This document shows, piece after piece, positions 1-9,330 of a stretch of 41,940 bases of DNA. The notes beneath the pieces were generated by a model. The model made no database searches. It saw only the letters and a program-made list of their open reading frames with translations, and was not told the DNA's origin. The first letter of the stretch is position 1; each line of letters starts with the position of its first letter. A program made the translations under genes and the position numbers. The stretch lies in sequence record LR756500.1. The stretch is one strand, 5' to 3'.

Positions 1-81
1 ATCTTTAATTAAAAAATCTGCATCTTTTTTAAAATTTTCACTTTCTATTATATAATCTTCTAATGATAATATATTTTTCAT
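1..81 (-). CDS. Partial ORF (runs off left edge), hypothetical protein with CTS-like N-terminus MKNILSLEDYIIES
   Basis: Manual translation from ATG at 81: MKNILSLEDYIIESENFKKDADFLIKD, open to window edge; late-promoter-like GATATATAA at 101-109 upstream. Not in the ORF track. Confidence 0.7.
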   Translation of the reverse strand, partial: MKNILSLEDYIIESENFKKDADFLIKD

Positions 82-92
82 TTTAGTTATTT

Positions 93-1997
93 TTATTTAA
101 TTATATATCCCATTTTATCCCATTCAAATTTATAGTTACCTGTTCCAAAACATCTATAATATCCTTTATCATGCATTATCTCCACTTCAGTCATCGATGG
201 ATCCGCTCCTTCTTTAACCAATATATCTTTTCTAAATTTAAATCTATTCTCTCTTATGCCATCTACTACCCACCAATAATTCAAACCAGTATGCCCTAAA
301 TAGTTAAAACCTAATTTTGTATATAAATTATCTTGCTCATTTGGACNNNNNNNNNNNNNNNNNNNNNNNNNTAGCCGTTCAGGTTTATACTCTTTTATAA
401 AGTGTTTGAATAATCTAGAAGCTCCACCTACAACTGTTGTATTTAATTTATTAGCAAATCTAGTTAATTCATAATCTCCTTCAATAGCCTTCTGTCCTAA
501 ATTCTTTCTCAATGATCCAAAGGTCATTAATAATACTAACTCATCATTGTAATATAAACCTAATTTAACAGCTGCATTTGCATTACCTTGCAAATGATTC
601 ATATTTAAAAACTCTCTACTATCACTAGAGGACGCCTTTTTAACTATACACTTTCTAGCATATATTTTATTCGGAGATAAATTTAATAAATTTAAAATTC
701 TAGATTTTACTATCTCTTGCTTATTCAACCATAAATCTTCCCATATATGCACTAACTTAACTCCCCTTTCTTTAGCTAATACTGTCTTATCTAAATGATA
801 ATCTTTAGGTTTATTAAATTCATTATGCCAATATACTCCATTATGTTCAAACCCTATTTTATAATCTTCAATATAAACATCTATCTCATTACCATTTAAA
901 ATTGTTCTATCTTTTTTTGTTTCTATATTTAAACTCTCTATAAACTCTTTAATCTCTTCTTCACTCTTACTTGTATAATTAACACTTGAATAAAGAGGAT
1001 TACATATTGTACATAATTCATTATTAAATTTATATCTTTGATGCAACAGATGTATATTTATATTTTTATAATCTTTGCATTCACTACAATAAAAATCTAA
1101 TGTTCCATTTTCATATACCTCTTTAATATTTAAACNNNNNNNNNNNNNNNNNNNNNNNNNNNNNNNNNNNNNNNNNNNNNNNNNNNNNNNNNNNNNNNNN
1201 NNNNNNNNNNNNNNNNNNNNNNNNNNNNNNNNNNNNNNNNNNNNNNNNNNNNNNNNNNNNNNNNNNNNNNNNNNNNNNNNNNNNNNNNNNNNNNNNNNNN
1301 NNNNNNNNNNNNNNNNNNNNNNNNNNNNNNNNNNNNNNNNNNNNNNNNNNNNNNNNNNNNNNNNNNNNNNNNNNNNNNNNNNNNNNNNNNNNNNNNNNNN
1401 NNNNNNNNNNNNNNNNNNNNNNNNNNNNNNNNNNNNNNNNNNNNNNNNNNNNNNNNNNNNNNNNNNNNNNNNNNNNNNNNNNNNNNNNNNNNNNNNNNNN
1501 NNNNNNNNNNNNNNNNNNNNNNNNNNNNNNNNNNNNNNNNNNNNNNNNNNNNNNNNNNNNNNNNNNNNNNNNNNNNNNNNNNNNNNNNNNNNNNNNNNNN
1601 NNNNNNNNNNNNNNNNNNNNNNNNNNNNGACTCCATATTTTTTAATACATGTTTCTTTCTTTTTTATTTCTATTTGTTTTCTTAATTCTGAATCATTAGT
1701 AGCACATTTAGTAGAACAATAATTACTATAGCCTTTATCTATTCCGGAAAAATTACATTTATTTATTTTACATACTCTACATATAGGTATATCTAAAGTA
1801 TTATTTAAAAAATGCCATATTTTTTGCATAAATACTAAATTATAATCTTTAGTATAATCTACTATTTTTAAATACAGATCTAAATATCTTTTTTTTACAC
1901 TTACTTCTTTTATGTAAGGACCTTTTAAATTCAATAATATATCTTTATAATCTTTCATATAAATAAAATGGTTCATATAATTAATTATATGAACCAT
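93..1997 (-). CDS. Hef-like putative homing endonuclease, copy 1 (Zn/KYG-repeat N-terminus + Vsr/DUF559-like nuclease + Mom-like GNAT domain)
   Basis: CxxC..YCSxxC, KKYGV, nuclease motif EIDVYIEDYKIGFEHNGVYWH, then IYARKC/NHLQG/YELTRF/LYTKLGF. True start may be ATG 1976 or 1958. N-runs 347-371 and 1136-1628. Confidence 0.8.
   Translation of the reverse strand: MVHIINYMNHFIYMKDYKDILLNLKGPYIKEVSVKKRYLDLYLKIVDYTKDYNLVFMQKIWHFLNNTLDIPICRVCKINKCNFSGIDKGYSNYCSTKCATNDSELRKQIEIKKKETCIKKYGVXXXXXXXXXXXXXXXXXXXXXXXXXXXXXXXXXXXXXXXXXXXXXXXXXXXXXXXXXXXXXXXXXXXXXXXXXXXXXXXXXXXXXXXXXXXXXXXXXXXXXXXXXXXXXXXXXXXXXXXXXXXXXXXXXXXXXXXXXXXXXXXXXXXXXXXXXXXXXXXXXXXXXLNIKEVYENGTLDFYCSECKDYKNINIHLLHQRYKFNNELCTICNPLYSSVNYTSKSEEEIKEFIESLNIETKKDRTILNGNEIDVYIEDYKIGFEHNGVYWHNEFNKPKDYHLDKTVLAKERGVKLVHIWEDLWLNKQEIVKSRILNLLNLSPNKIYARKCIVKKASSSDSREFLNMNHLQGNANAAVKLGLYYNDELVLLMTFGSLRKNLGQKAIEGDYELTRFANKLNTTVVGGASRLFKHFIKEYKPERLXXXXXXXXXPNEQDNLYTKLGFNYLGHTGLNYWWVVDGIRENRFKFRKDILVKEGADPSMTEVEIMHDKGYYRCFGTGNYKFEWDKMGYIIK
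101..109 (-). promoter_or_regulatory. Late-promoter-like motif GATATATAA
   Basis: Same motif recurs 5-35 nt upstream of many starts. Confidence 0.55.
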
Positions 1998-1999
1998 TT
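1966..1999. repeat. Perfect 34-bp palindrome AAATGGTTCATATAATTAATTATATGAACCATTT
   Basis: Base-by-base self-complementary about 1982/1983; contains two candidate start codons of Hef-like copy 1. Confidence 0.95.
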
Positions 2000-2026
2000 A
2001 TTAAATGTTTATGTTATTTTAAACCA

Positions 2027-2578
2027 TTAAGTTAACTCTTCTGTCCAGTGATCACATCTAAAATTCATTGTAAGTTCCTGTGGGTCACTTGATTCATAAT
2101 CTAAAGAATCCATAGCTTCTGGATTTCCAGTAGGAAAAACGTCTTCAAATGTTATTTTTCTGAAAATATCACCTTTTCTATTATACATAACTACAATCAT
2201 AGTACCTACATATTCAACTTTTAGTCCCATTTCACCAGTTAATGGGTTATAGATAAGAGCATACCAATCTCTTAATTGTTTATAAAGGTATAATTCATTA
2301 GAAGTGTTAACGTTTAATGTAAATACAATACTAAGACTTACTGCTGTTTCACTTGGCATTCCTGCAAAACTTCTATCAGCAAACTTATATTTTTGTCCTA
2401 CTGAATCTACAGCTGGATTAACGCCTTGCAAACCTCCAATACTTTTAACATGCTCTAAAATTAAAGCAGAATCATGATTTAAAGGAGTCATTAAAGTTAC
2501 CTCAAATAAATTAGGATATACTGGTTCATACATATCCCTTGATGCTTTTGATTGATTATAATGTGGAAATGGACACAT
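2027..2578 (-). CDS. Tail tube protein (T4 gp19-like)
   Basis: 183 aa, FRKITFEDVFPT..LDYES..ELTMNFRCDHW typical of myophage tube C-terminus; downstream of the sheath gene. Confidence 0.85.
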   Translation of the reverse strand: MCPFPHYNQSKASRDMYEPVYPNLFEVTLMTPLNHDSALILEHVKSIGGLQGVNPAVDSVGQKYKFADRSFAGMPSETAVSLSIVFTLNVNTSNELYLYKQLRDWYALIYNPLTGEMGLKVEYVGTMIVVMYNRKGDIFRKITFEDVFPTGNPEAMDSLDYESSDPQELTMNFRCDHWTEELT

Positions 2579-2602
2579 AGTTTATTTCTTTTTTTTATTT
2601 AA

Positions 2603-2611
2603 TTATATATC
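2603..2611 (-). promoter_or_regulatory. Late-promoter-like motif GATATATAA (tail tube)
   Basis: Upstream of tube ATG, A-rich leader. Confidence 0.65.
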
Positions 2612-2673
2612 ACTTATTCAAAACAATTTTTTAGTTATTGAATACTTTTATTTATAATATATATTGAAAGTTT

Positions 2674-4314
2674 TTAGCTTTTTTTCCATTCAAATTTATA
2701 ATTTCCTGTTCCAAAACATCTATAACATCCTCTATCATGCATTATTTCCACTTCAGTCATCGAGGGATCTGCTCCTTCTTTAACCAATTTATCCTTTCTG
2801 AACTTAAACCTATTTTCTCGAATTCCATCTACCACCCACCAATAATTAAGTCCTGTATGCCCTATATATTTAAACCTTAATTTAGTATATAAATTATCTT
2901 GCTCATCAACCNNNNNNNNNNNNNNNNNNNNNNNNNNNNNNNNNNNNNNNNNNNNNNNNNNNNNNNNNNNNNNNNNNNNNNNNNNNNNNNNNNNNNNNNN
3001 NNNNNNNNNNNNNNNNNNNNNNNNNNNNNNNNNNNNNNNNNNNNNNNNNNNNNNNNNNNNNNNNNNNNNNNNNNNNNNNNNNNNNNNNNNNNNNNNNNNN
3101 NNNNNNNNNNNNNNNNNNNNNNNNNNNNNNNNNNNNNNNNNNNNNNNNNNNNNNNNNNNNNNNNNNNNNNNNNNNNNNNNNNNNNNNNNNNNNNNNNNNN
3201 NNNNNNNNNNNNNNNNNNNNNNNNNNNNNNNNNNNNNNNNNNNNNNNNNNNNNNNNNNNNNNNNNNNNNNNNNNNNNNNNNNNNNNNNNNNNNNNNNNNN
3301 NNNNNNNNNNNNNNNCACCAACTTAACTCCCTTTTCTTTAGCTAATGCTGTCTTATCTAAATGATAATCTTTAGGTTTATTGAATTCATTGTGCCAATAT
3401 ACTCCATTATGCTCAAAACCTAAATTATATAAAGGTATAAATATATCTATTTCATCTCCATTTAAAATAGTTCTATCTATTTTTGTTTCTATATTTAAAC
3501 TTTCTATAAATTCTCTAATTTCATTTTCTTTACCACTAGATCTATAACTATTTAATGGATTACAATTAAGACAAGGATTAATTGAATATACATTAATTCT
3601 TTGATGAAGTAAAAAAGAATTGATATTATAATTTTTATTACATTTATTACAAATAATATCTATAGTTCTATTTTTATTTATTTTAATTATATTTAAATGA
3701 TTATATTTGTTTTTAATATATGTTTCATATTTCTCAAATAATGTTTCTTTTCTTTTATCAGTTATTATTTTGTTTTGTTGTGGATGATTAACTCCATATA
3801 TTTTATTCCAAGTTTCTTTTCTATTTTTTAAAAAATCTTCAGTTTTAAATATACTATCTTTACCATATCGTTTAATATATGTTTCTTTTATTTTATTTTG
3901 AATTTTTTCATTTGATATAAAATTTTCACCATATTTTTCTTTTAATGTTTCTTTTCTTTTATTAATAAAATATTCACTTTGAAATAAATTTTCTGTTCCA
4001 TATTTTTCTTTTATTTTTTTATATCTATTATCTTTTACTAATTGATCATTTGCTGCACATTTTTTTGAACAATATCCAGTATAATTAAATTTATTTGGAT
4101 TAAATTTAGATTCTACTGAATTACATATTTTACAATTTGGAATTTTTAAAGTATTATTTAAAAAATGCCAAAGTTTACGAGAAAAATTAATATTTAATAA
4201 TTTCGTATATAAAATAATTTCTTGATATATTTCAGAAAAATTAATTTTTATTTTATATTCTGTTCTTTCTTTTCTAGAAAGTTTTAATATTTCTTTATTC
4301 ATTTTTCCATTCAA
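2674..4314 (-). CDS. Hef-like putative homing endonuclease, copy 2
   Basis: Same architecture: LWHFLNN..CKIC..YCSKKC, KYG repeats, FEHNGVYWH, C-terminus near-identical to copies 1, 4, 5. Likely start MNKE overlapping the stop of copy 3. N-run 2912-3315. Confidence 0.8.
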   Translation of the reverse strand: MNGKMNKEILKLSRKERTEYKIKINFSEIYQEIILYTKLLNINFSRKLWHFLNNTLKIPNCKICNSVESKFNPNKFNYTGYCSKKCAANDQLVKDNRYKKIKEKYGTENLFQSEYFINKRKETLKEKYGENFISNEKIQNKIKETYIKRYGKDSIFKTEDFLKNRKETWNKIYGVNHPQQNKIITDKRKETLFEKYETYIKNKYNHLNIIKINKNRTIDIICNKCNKNYNINSFLLHQRINVYSINPCLNCNPLNSYRSSGKENEIREFIESLNIETKIDRTILNGDEIDIFIPLYNLGFEHNGVYWHNEFNKPKDYHLDKTALAKEKGVKLVXXXXXXXXXXXXXXXXXXXXXXXXXXXXXXXXXXXXXXXXXXXXXXXXXXXXXXXXXXXXXXXXXXXXXXXXXXXXXXXXXXXXXXXXXXXXXXXXXXXXXXXXXXXXXXXXXXXXXXXXXXXXXXXXXXXXXXXVDEQDNLYTKLRFKYIGHTGLNYWWVVDGIRENRFKFRKDKLVKEGADPSMTEVEIMHDRGCYRCFGTGNYKFEWKKS

Positions 4315-6001
4315 ATTTTAATGAACCACTATCATATATTCTATAAATTTTTCTAGACATCATTATTTCATGTTCTGTCATATTAGAATCATAACCTTCT
4401 TTAACTAATACATCTTTCCTATAATTAAATCTATGTTTTTTAATTCCATCTACTACATACCAATAATTTGGAGGTGTATTATTTATAAAATTGAATCCTA
4501 ATTTATAATAAAGATTTCCTTTACTCCAACTCCTATCAGCATAACTAATTATTCTTATTGGATTATATTCTTTAATAAAATGTTTAAATAAGCGATCAGC
4601 ACCACCAATAACATTAGTATTTAAAATTGTACAGAATCTAAGTAATTCATACTCATTTTCAATTGAAATTTGTCCTAGTGCTTTTCTTAATACACTAAAT
4701 GTCATTAAACTAACTAATTCATTATTATAATATAGCCCATATTTTATTTTAGATGGAGTATATCCTTGTATGTGATTTTTTTCTAAGAAATCTTTTTCTT
4801 CTTTTGTATTAATTTCTTTTATATCACATTTTCTAGCATATATTTTATTATCAGATAAATTTAATATATTTTTTATTCTAGATTTAATTATATCTTTTTT
4901 ATAATACCAATCATCTTCATATATATGTATTAATTTTATATTATTATTTTCAGCTAATTCTGTTTTTTCTAAATGATAATCTTTATCCTTTTGGAGTTCA
5001 TTATGCCAATAAATTCCATTAAATTCAAATCCTATTTTTAAATCAGGTAAATATATATCTATTTCTTTACCATTTAAAAATATTCTTCTATTTAATTCTA
5101 ATGTATTATCATATATTTCACTTATAAATAATTTTAAACTATTTTCAGGTTTTGATAAATTTAATTGATTACAATTTGTGCATGTTTCCTCTTTATTATA
5201 TCTATATCTAAATAAATCTCTACTTATTTTATATGATTTTTTACAATTGTTGCACATAATAGTGAAAAAATCTCTTTCAATAAGAAGTATTTGTTTATCT
5301 GGATATGTTTTTATTATATTTTCTTTTCTTGTTTGTAGTATTTTATATTTAATATTTTCAACTTTATTTGGATTATCTTCTCCATATAGTTCTATCATTG
5401 TATTTTTAAATACATCTTTAACTATTTCCGATTGCCATGGATGATTAGTTCCATAACGTTCTTGGGATGTTTTTTTATATGACTCTTTCCAACTATCTAT
5501 ATTTTCTTTGAATGATTCTATTCTTTTTTCTTGTATCTCCTTTAATTGGGCTACATTTTCTACACCATAACGTTCTAAATTAGTATTCTTTAACTTATTT
5601 TGAATATCTTGTTTTTCTTCTTCGGATTTATTTAATTTAGTATTACTTAATTTATCTTTTATATTCTGTAATTTATTTGGATTATCAACTCCATAACGGT
5701 TTAGACTAGTTTTACGTCTAGATTCTTTCATTTTTTCCTTTAACTCTGGATCATTAACCATACATTCTTTTGAACAGTATCCTGTATATCCAATATCTAA
5801 ATTTTTAAAATTAGAATCTTTATTATTACATACTTTACACTTGGGAACTTCTTTTATTTTATATATGTAGTGCCATATTTTTTGTAAAAAACTGATATCT
5901 AAATCTAAATAACCATTTATCAATTCATACTTAATTGGATAATTTTTCTTTACACTGCGTTCTTGTAATAAATTTCCTTTTAATTCTATAATATTTTCCA
6001 T
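4295..6001 (-). CDS. Hef-like putative homing endonuclease, copy 3 (most divergent, fully visible)
   Basis: RYG repeats, EIDIYLPDLKIGFEFNGIYWH, NHIQG, YELLRFC, ISYADRSWSKGNLYYKLGF. Confidence 0.85.
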   Translation of the reverse strand: MENIIELKGNLLQERSVKKNYPIKYELINGYLDLDISFLQKIWHYIYKIKEVPKCKVCNNKDSNFKNLDIGYTGYCSKECMVNDPELKEKMKESRRKTSLNRYGVDNPNKLQNIKDKLSNTKLNKSEEEKQDIQNKLKNTNLERYGVENVAQLKEIQEKRIESFKENIDSWKESYKKTSQERYGTNHPWQSEIVKDVFKNTMIELYGEDNPNKVENIKYKILQTRKENIIKTYPDKQILLIERDFFTIMCNNCKKSYKISRDLFRYRYNKEETCTNCNQLNLSKPENSLKLFISEIYDNTLELNRRIFLNGKEIDIYLPDLKIGFEFNGIYWHNELQKDKDYHLEKTELAENNNIKLIHIYEDDWYYKKDIIKSRIKNILNLSDNKIYARKCDIKEINTKEEKDFLEKNHIQGYTPSKIKYGLYYNNELVSLMTFSVLRKALGQISIENEYELLRFCTILNTNVIGGADRLFKHFIKEYNPIRIISYADRSWSKGNLYYKLGFNFINNTPPNYWYVVDGIKKHRFNYRKDVLVKEGYDSNMTEHEIMMSRKIYRIYDSGSLKFEWKNE

Positions 6002-6091
6002 AAACTATTTTATTATTATATGAAATAAACTAAATATGTTTCGATAATTAATTATGTTTCAACAAATGTATCTAAAAATTTAATATAAAAC

Positions 6092-6128
6092 AAAGAAGCC
6101 TAATAAAATTAATTTATTAGGCTTCTTT
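6092..6128. terminator. Intrinsic terminator-like hairpin downstream of tail sheath
   Basis: AAAGAAGCCTAATAAA-attaa-TTTATTAGGCTTCTTT, 16-bp perfect stem, 18 nt after the sheath stop. Confidence 0.8.
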
Positions 6129-6145
6129 AAGTTATTAGTTATCTA

Positions 6146-9100
6146 TTAGATAAACTCTCCAGTTGAAATAGCACCAGTCTTAAGAACAGTTGTTCTGTGA
6201 ACAAGAATTTCCAATCCCTTTACTGGTTCAACATATGTATCTAGTATACCTATATTTTTGTCTATTACATCAGGAGTATTATTTGTTTCATCCATAATGT
6301 TTCTAAAATCGTATACACCGTTATCTGCTTGAATTTGTCTCATAAAGTTATCAGCAAGTGTTTTAATTTCTAATCTAGTTTGTGCAGTATTAAATTCAAA
6401 AATAAAGTTTTTAAGAATTGCTGCAATACCATCTTGAATATAAATTAATACTTCTCTTACATGAATACTAGAAAGAGCAGACTTGATATTTTGTTGAGCT
6501 GTTTTATTACCAAAGATTACAATACCTGTACCGCTTTGGAAAATAATTGGGTTAAGTCCGAAAGGTTCAATCCAATCTCTATCTTCTTTAGATAAATTAT
6601 ATTCTAATCCAACTAAACCTCTTCCACCTACTACACCTCTTCTAGGACCTGCAACAATTGCCCAAGGTACTGAAGATGTATATTTTTCTACGAAGTTATT
6701 TGACACATAACCAGCAGGAGGAATAGCTAAATTTTTACCTCTATCTCTTACTAATACATAAGGAATATAAAAACCTGCATAATTTGATCCTTGTTCAACA
6801 CCTGGAAGAGTATATACTACTTTAGGATTTTTAGTTAAATCTCCACCTTCAGAAATCATTTTGGTATCAAGTAAACCTTGAGCATCTAAGAATGAAGGAT
6901 CTGTAGATTCTTTAAAATCTTTTATTGCTGGTGCATTAAGAATTGCAAATGCATTTTGTCTAGTTTTAGCTAAGTTACAAAGAACTGCTTTAGAACCTGA
7001 TTCAATACCTAATCCAAATGAATCAACAATATATCTAAAAGTTATATTATCTTTATCTATAAGAGCTTTATATAATTTTGTTCCAGATATAGTATCGTAT
7101 AAGATATTATTTTGTTGTTCCATAGAACCATCTGGTAAATGATAGCTAGTATAAGTAAATCCATTTAATGAAAATAAAGTATAATAATCAACCCAATCTC
7201 CAATTTTGCTATATACTTCAACTGAAGGAACAGCATTTACAGTTTTAAATAAAACTTTACCTACTGTTGTAACTGTTAATGTAGTAGCATTTTGTGAAAT
7301 TCTAACTATTCTAGTTAATCTAGAAGGACCTGTTGTACCACCATCATCGGCTACTATATATTTACCTACTGCTAATTTATTTGCATAATCAGAATGTACT
7401 TCAATAACATTACTTAATGATGTAGCAGTTGCAGGTATAGTTGAATTTAATGCTCCTTTTAAAGTTTGAATTACTAATGTATCTGTTGCAGCAGGAGTAT
7501 CAGTATTATCAAAAAATACTTCAGAGAAATTAAATGTTCCTTGAGTTACAAAACTTGAATCTTCGTATCCTTCAATTTTAGCAACTGGAATTAAATAATT
7601 TGTATCAGTAATAGCTCCACTTAAATATAAACCTCCATATACTATAGAATCAAATGTAGTTATAGTACTATCAATATATAATACTTCTGCAGCTTGTGGA
7701 TCTCCACTACCGTCTGCATCCCATATCATTTTATCTCCATCTGTAATTGTTCCTTGTTCAACGCTAGTATACATATCATTTGAATATGCTGCTATAATTG
7801 AATCAGCAGGTGCTGCAACTAAATCATCAACTAAAAAGTCAATATCTGTATAATTAACATATTTAAGATCATTTCCTGATAGAGCAGTATCAAATGATGT
7901 TTCAGTAATTCCTCCTACTACACTTACTTCAATTAATGCAGTTGTTGCAGTTACCTGTTTAGTAATAACTGGTACAAATTCTCCACTATCTGCTTGTAAA
8001 TAAGAACCTAATATTCTAGGAGATAATTCATTTTCTCTAAATTCTTCTTGTGCAACAATATTATAAAATGTTGCATTAGTTGAACTATCAACACTTATTA
8101 AAAGATTTCCAGATGATGCTAATACTGGATTTAATCCTGTACAATCATTTATAGCTTTTAATGTTACTGATTTCTTAGCATAATCTAAATTAGCTTTAAT
8201 TGTTTCTTTATAAGAAAGAAAATCTATTGTTGTAGGTTGTTCCCATTCTAAATTATGTCCAATTAAATCTAATCCACCATCTACTCCTGAAAGTAATTCA
8301 CCACTATCATATGCTTCTTTATTAATAGAACAAAATAATCCTGTTTTAGAAGTTTCTGTATTAATAATTGTTTCAATGAATAGATTATTACTATTTAAAT
8401 CAATAAAATCTGGAATTAAACATCCTGTATAAGTTGCAATATGATTTACTTCTGGTAAATTTAAGAATGCTTCAAGAGATGTATCAGTCGAATCTGCTAC
8501 TGATACTTTTCTTTTTATACCTCTAGATTTATCAAAATAACTAGCAAATAAAGGATCTGATGCTAATCTTTCATATGGAGTTGTATCAGTTGATTTAGGA
8601 CCAAAATCTCCTTCAATAACTATTACATCAATCATAAAATCTGATATATAATCATCTTTGTGTAAAAACTCAGGTATATTAGATATACCATACCATTCTT
8701 TAACAGTAATATCAAAACCACTTATAAAATCTGCTCTTTTAACAATTACAGTTAAAGGCTTTTTATCGATATTTGTTAAATTAAATAATTTATTTCCAGA
8801 TGAAGTAACATTTTTAATAAATGCTTCTGTATCAGGAAACCAAAATTTATCTCTATTGAAAAATCCTGCAAATAAATCTGATGATTTTGTATCATTAATT
8901 TGTGTTGCACTAGTTGAAAATACAACATCTTCAATTTTATCAGCATTTCCTTCTGAATCGTCATTATTTAATCTTAATAAATTAAGAGCTAAAATTGGAC
9001 CTCTTTCTAAAGCAGCTAAACATGTTCTGTGAAAATAAGAACCTTTTCTTTCTAAAGTTCTATCTATACTTCCATATACATCGCTAAAAAAGCCAGTATC

Positions 9101-9256
9101 TGATACATAAATAGGCGTATTGAAAGGGCCTTTCTTACTAAATCCAACGATCATTCTAATTTGCTCAGCAGGTATAGAAACTGTTTGAGATTTATCAAAC
9201 TCAAATCTATAGGTGCCGGAACTACGAAGCGATGCAATTTGTGGTGATATTGCCAT
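6146..9256 (-). CDS. Tail sheath protein (T4 gp18-like), 1036 aa
   Basis: N-terminal GTYRFEFDKS..IVGFSKKGPFNTP; C-terminal AGPRRG, GNKTAQ..SALSSIHVREVL, FIFEFN..TR, DETNNTPDVID. Confidence 0.95.
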   Translation of the reverse strand: MAISPQIASLRSSGTYRFEFDKSQTVSIPAEQIRMIVGFSKKGPFNTPIYVSDTGFFSDVYGSIDRTLERKGSYFHRTCLAALERGPILALNLLRLNNDDSEGNADKIEDVVFSTSATQINDTKSSDLFAGFFNRDKFWFPDTEAFIKNVTSSGNKLFNLTNIDKKPLTVIVKRADFISGFDITVKEWYGISNIPEFLHKDDYISDFMIDVIVIEGDFGPKSTDTTPYERLASDPLFASYFDKSRGIKRKVSVADSTDTSLEAFLNLPEVNHIATYTGCLIPDFIDLNSNNLFIETIINTETSKTGLFCSINKEAYDSGELLSGVDGGLDLIGHNLEWEQPTTIDFLSYKETIKANLDYAKKSVTLKAINDCTGLNPVLASSGNLLISVDSSTNATFYNIVAQEEFRENELSPRILGSYLQADSGEFVPVITKQVTATTALIEVSVVGGITETSFDTALSGNDLKYVNYTDIDFLVDDLVAAPADSIIAAYSNDMYTSVEQGTITDGDKMIWDADGSGDPQAAEVLYIDSTITTFDSIVYGGLYLSGAITDTNYLIPVAKIEGYEDSSFVTQGTFNFSEVFFDNTDTPAATDTLVIQTLKGALNSTIPATATSLSNVIEVHSDYANKLAVGKYIVADDGGTTGPSRLTRIVRISQNATTLTVTTVGKVLFKTVNAVPSVEVYSKIGDWVDYYTLFSLNGFTYTSYHLPDGSMEQQNNILYDTISGTKLYKALIDKDNITFRYIVDSFGLGIESGSKAVLCNLAKTRQNAFAILNAPAIKDFKESTDPSFLDAQGLLDTKMISEGGDLTKNPKVVYTLPGVEQGSNYAGFYIPYVLVRDRGKNLAIPPAGYVSNNFVEKYTSSVPWAIVAGPRRGVVGGRGLVGLEYNLSKEDRDWIEPFGLNPIIFQSGTGIVIFGNKTAQQNIKSALSSIHVREVLIYIQDGIAAILKNFIFEFNTAQTRLEIKTLADNFMRQIQADNGVYDFRNIMDETNNTPDVIDKNIGILDTYVEPVKGLEILVHRTTVLKTGAISTGEFI

Positions 9257-9280
9257 AATTTTTAATTTTTTTTATTTTTA

Positions 9281-9289
9281 TTATATATC
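9281..9289 (-). promoter_or_regulatory. Late-promoter-like motif GATATATAA (tail sheath)
   Basis: Upstream of sheath ATG. Confidence 0.65.
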
Positions 9290-9330
9290 ATCAACAAACT
9301 TTAAAAATTAAAAATTATAGAAATAATTTA

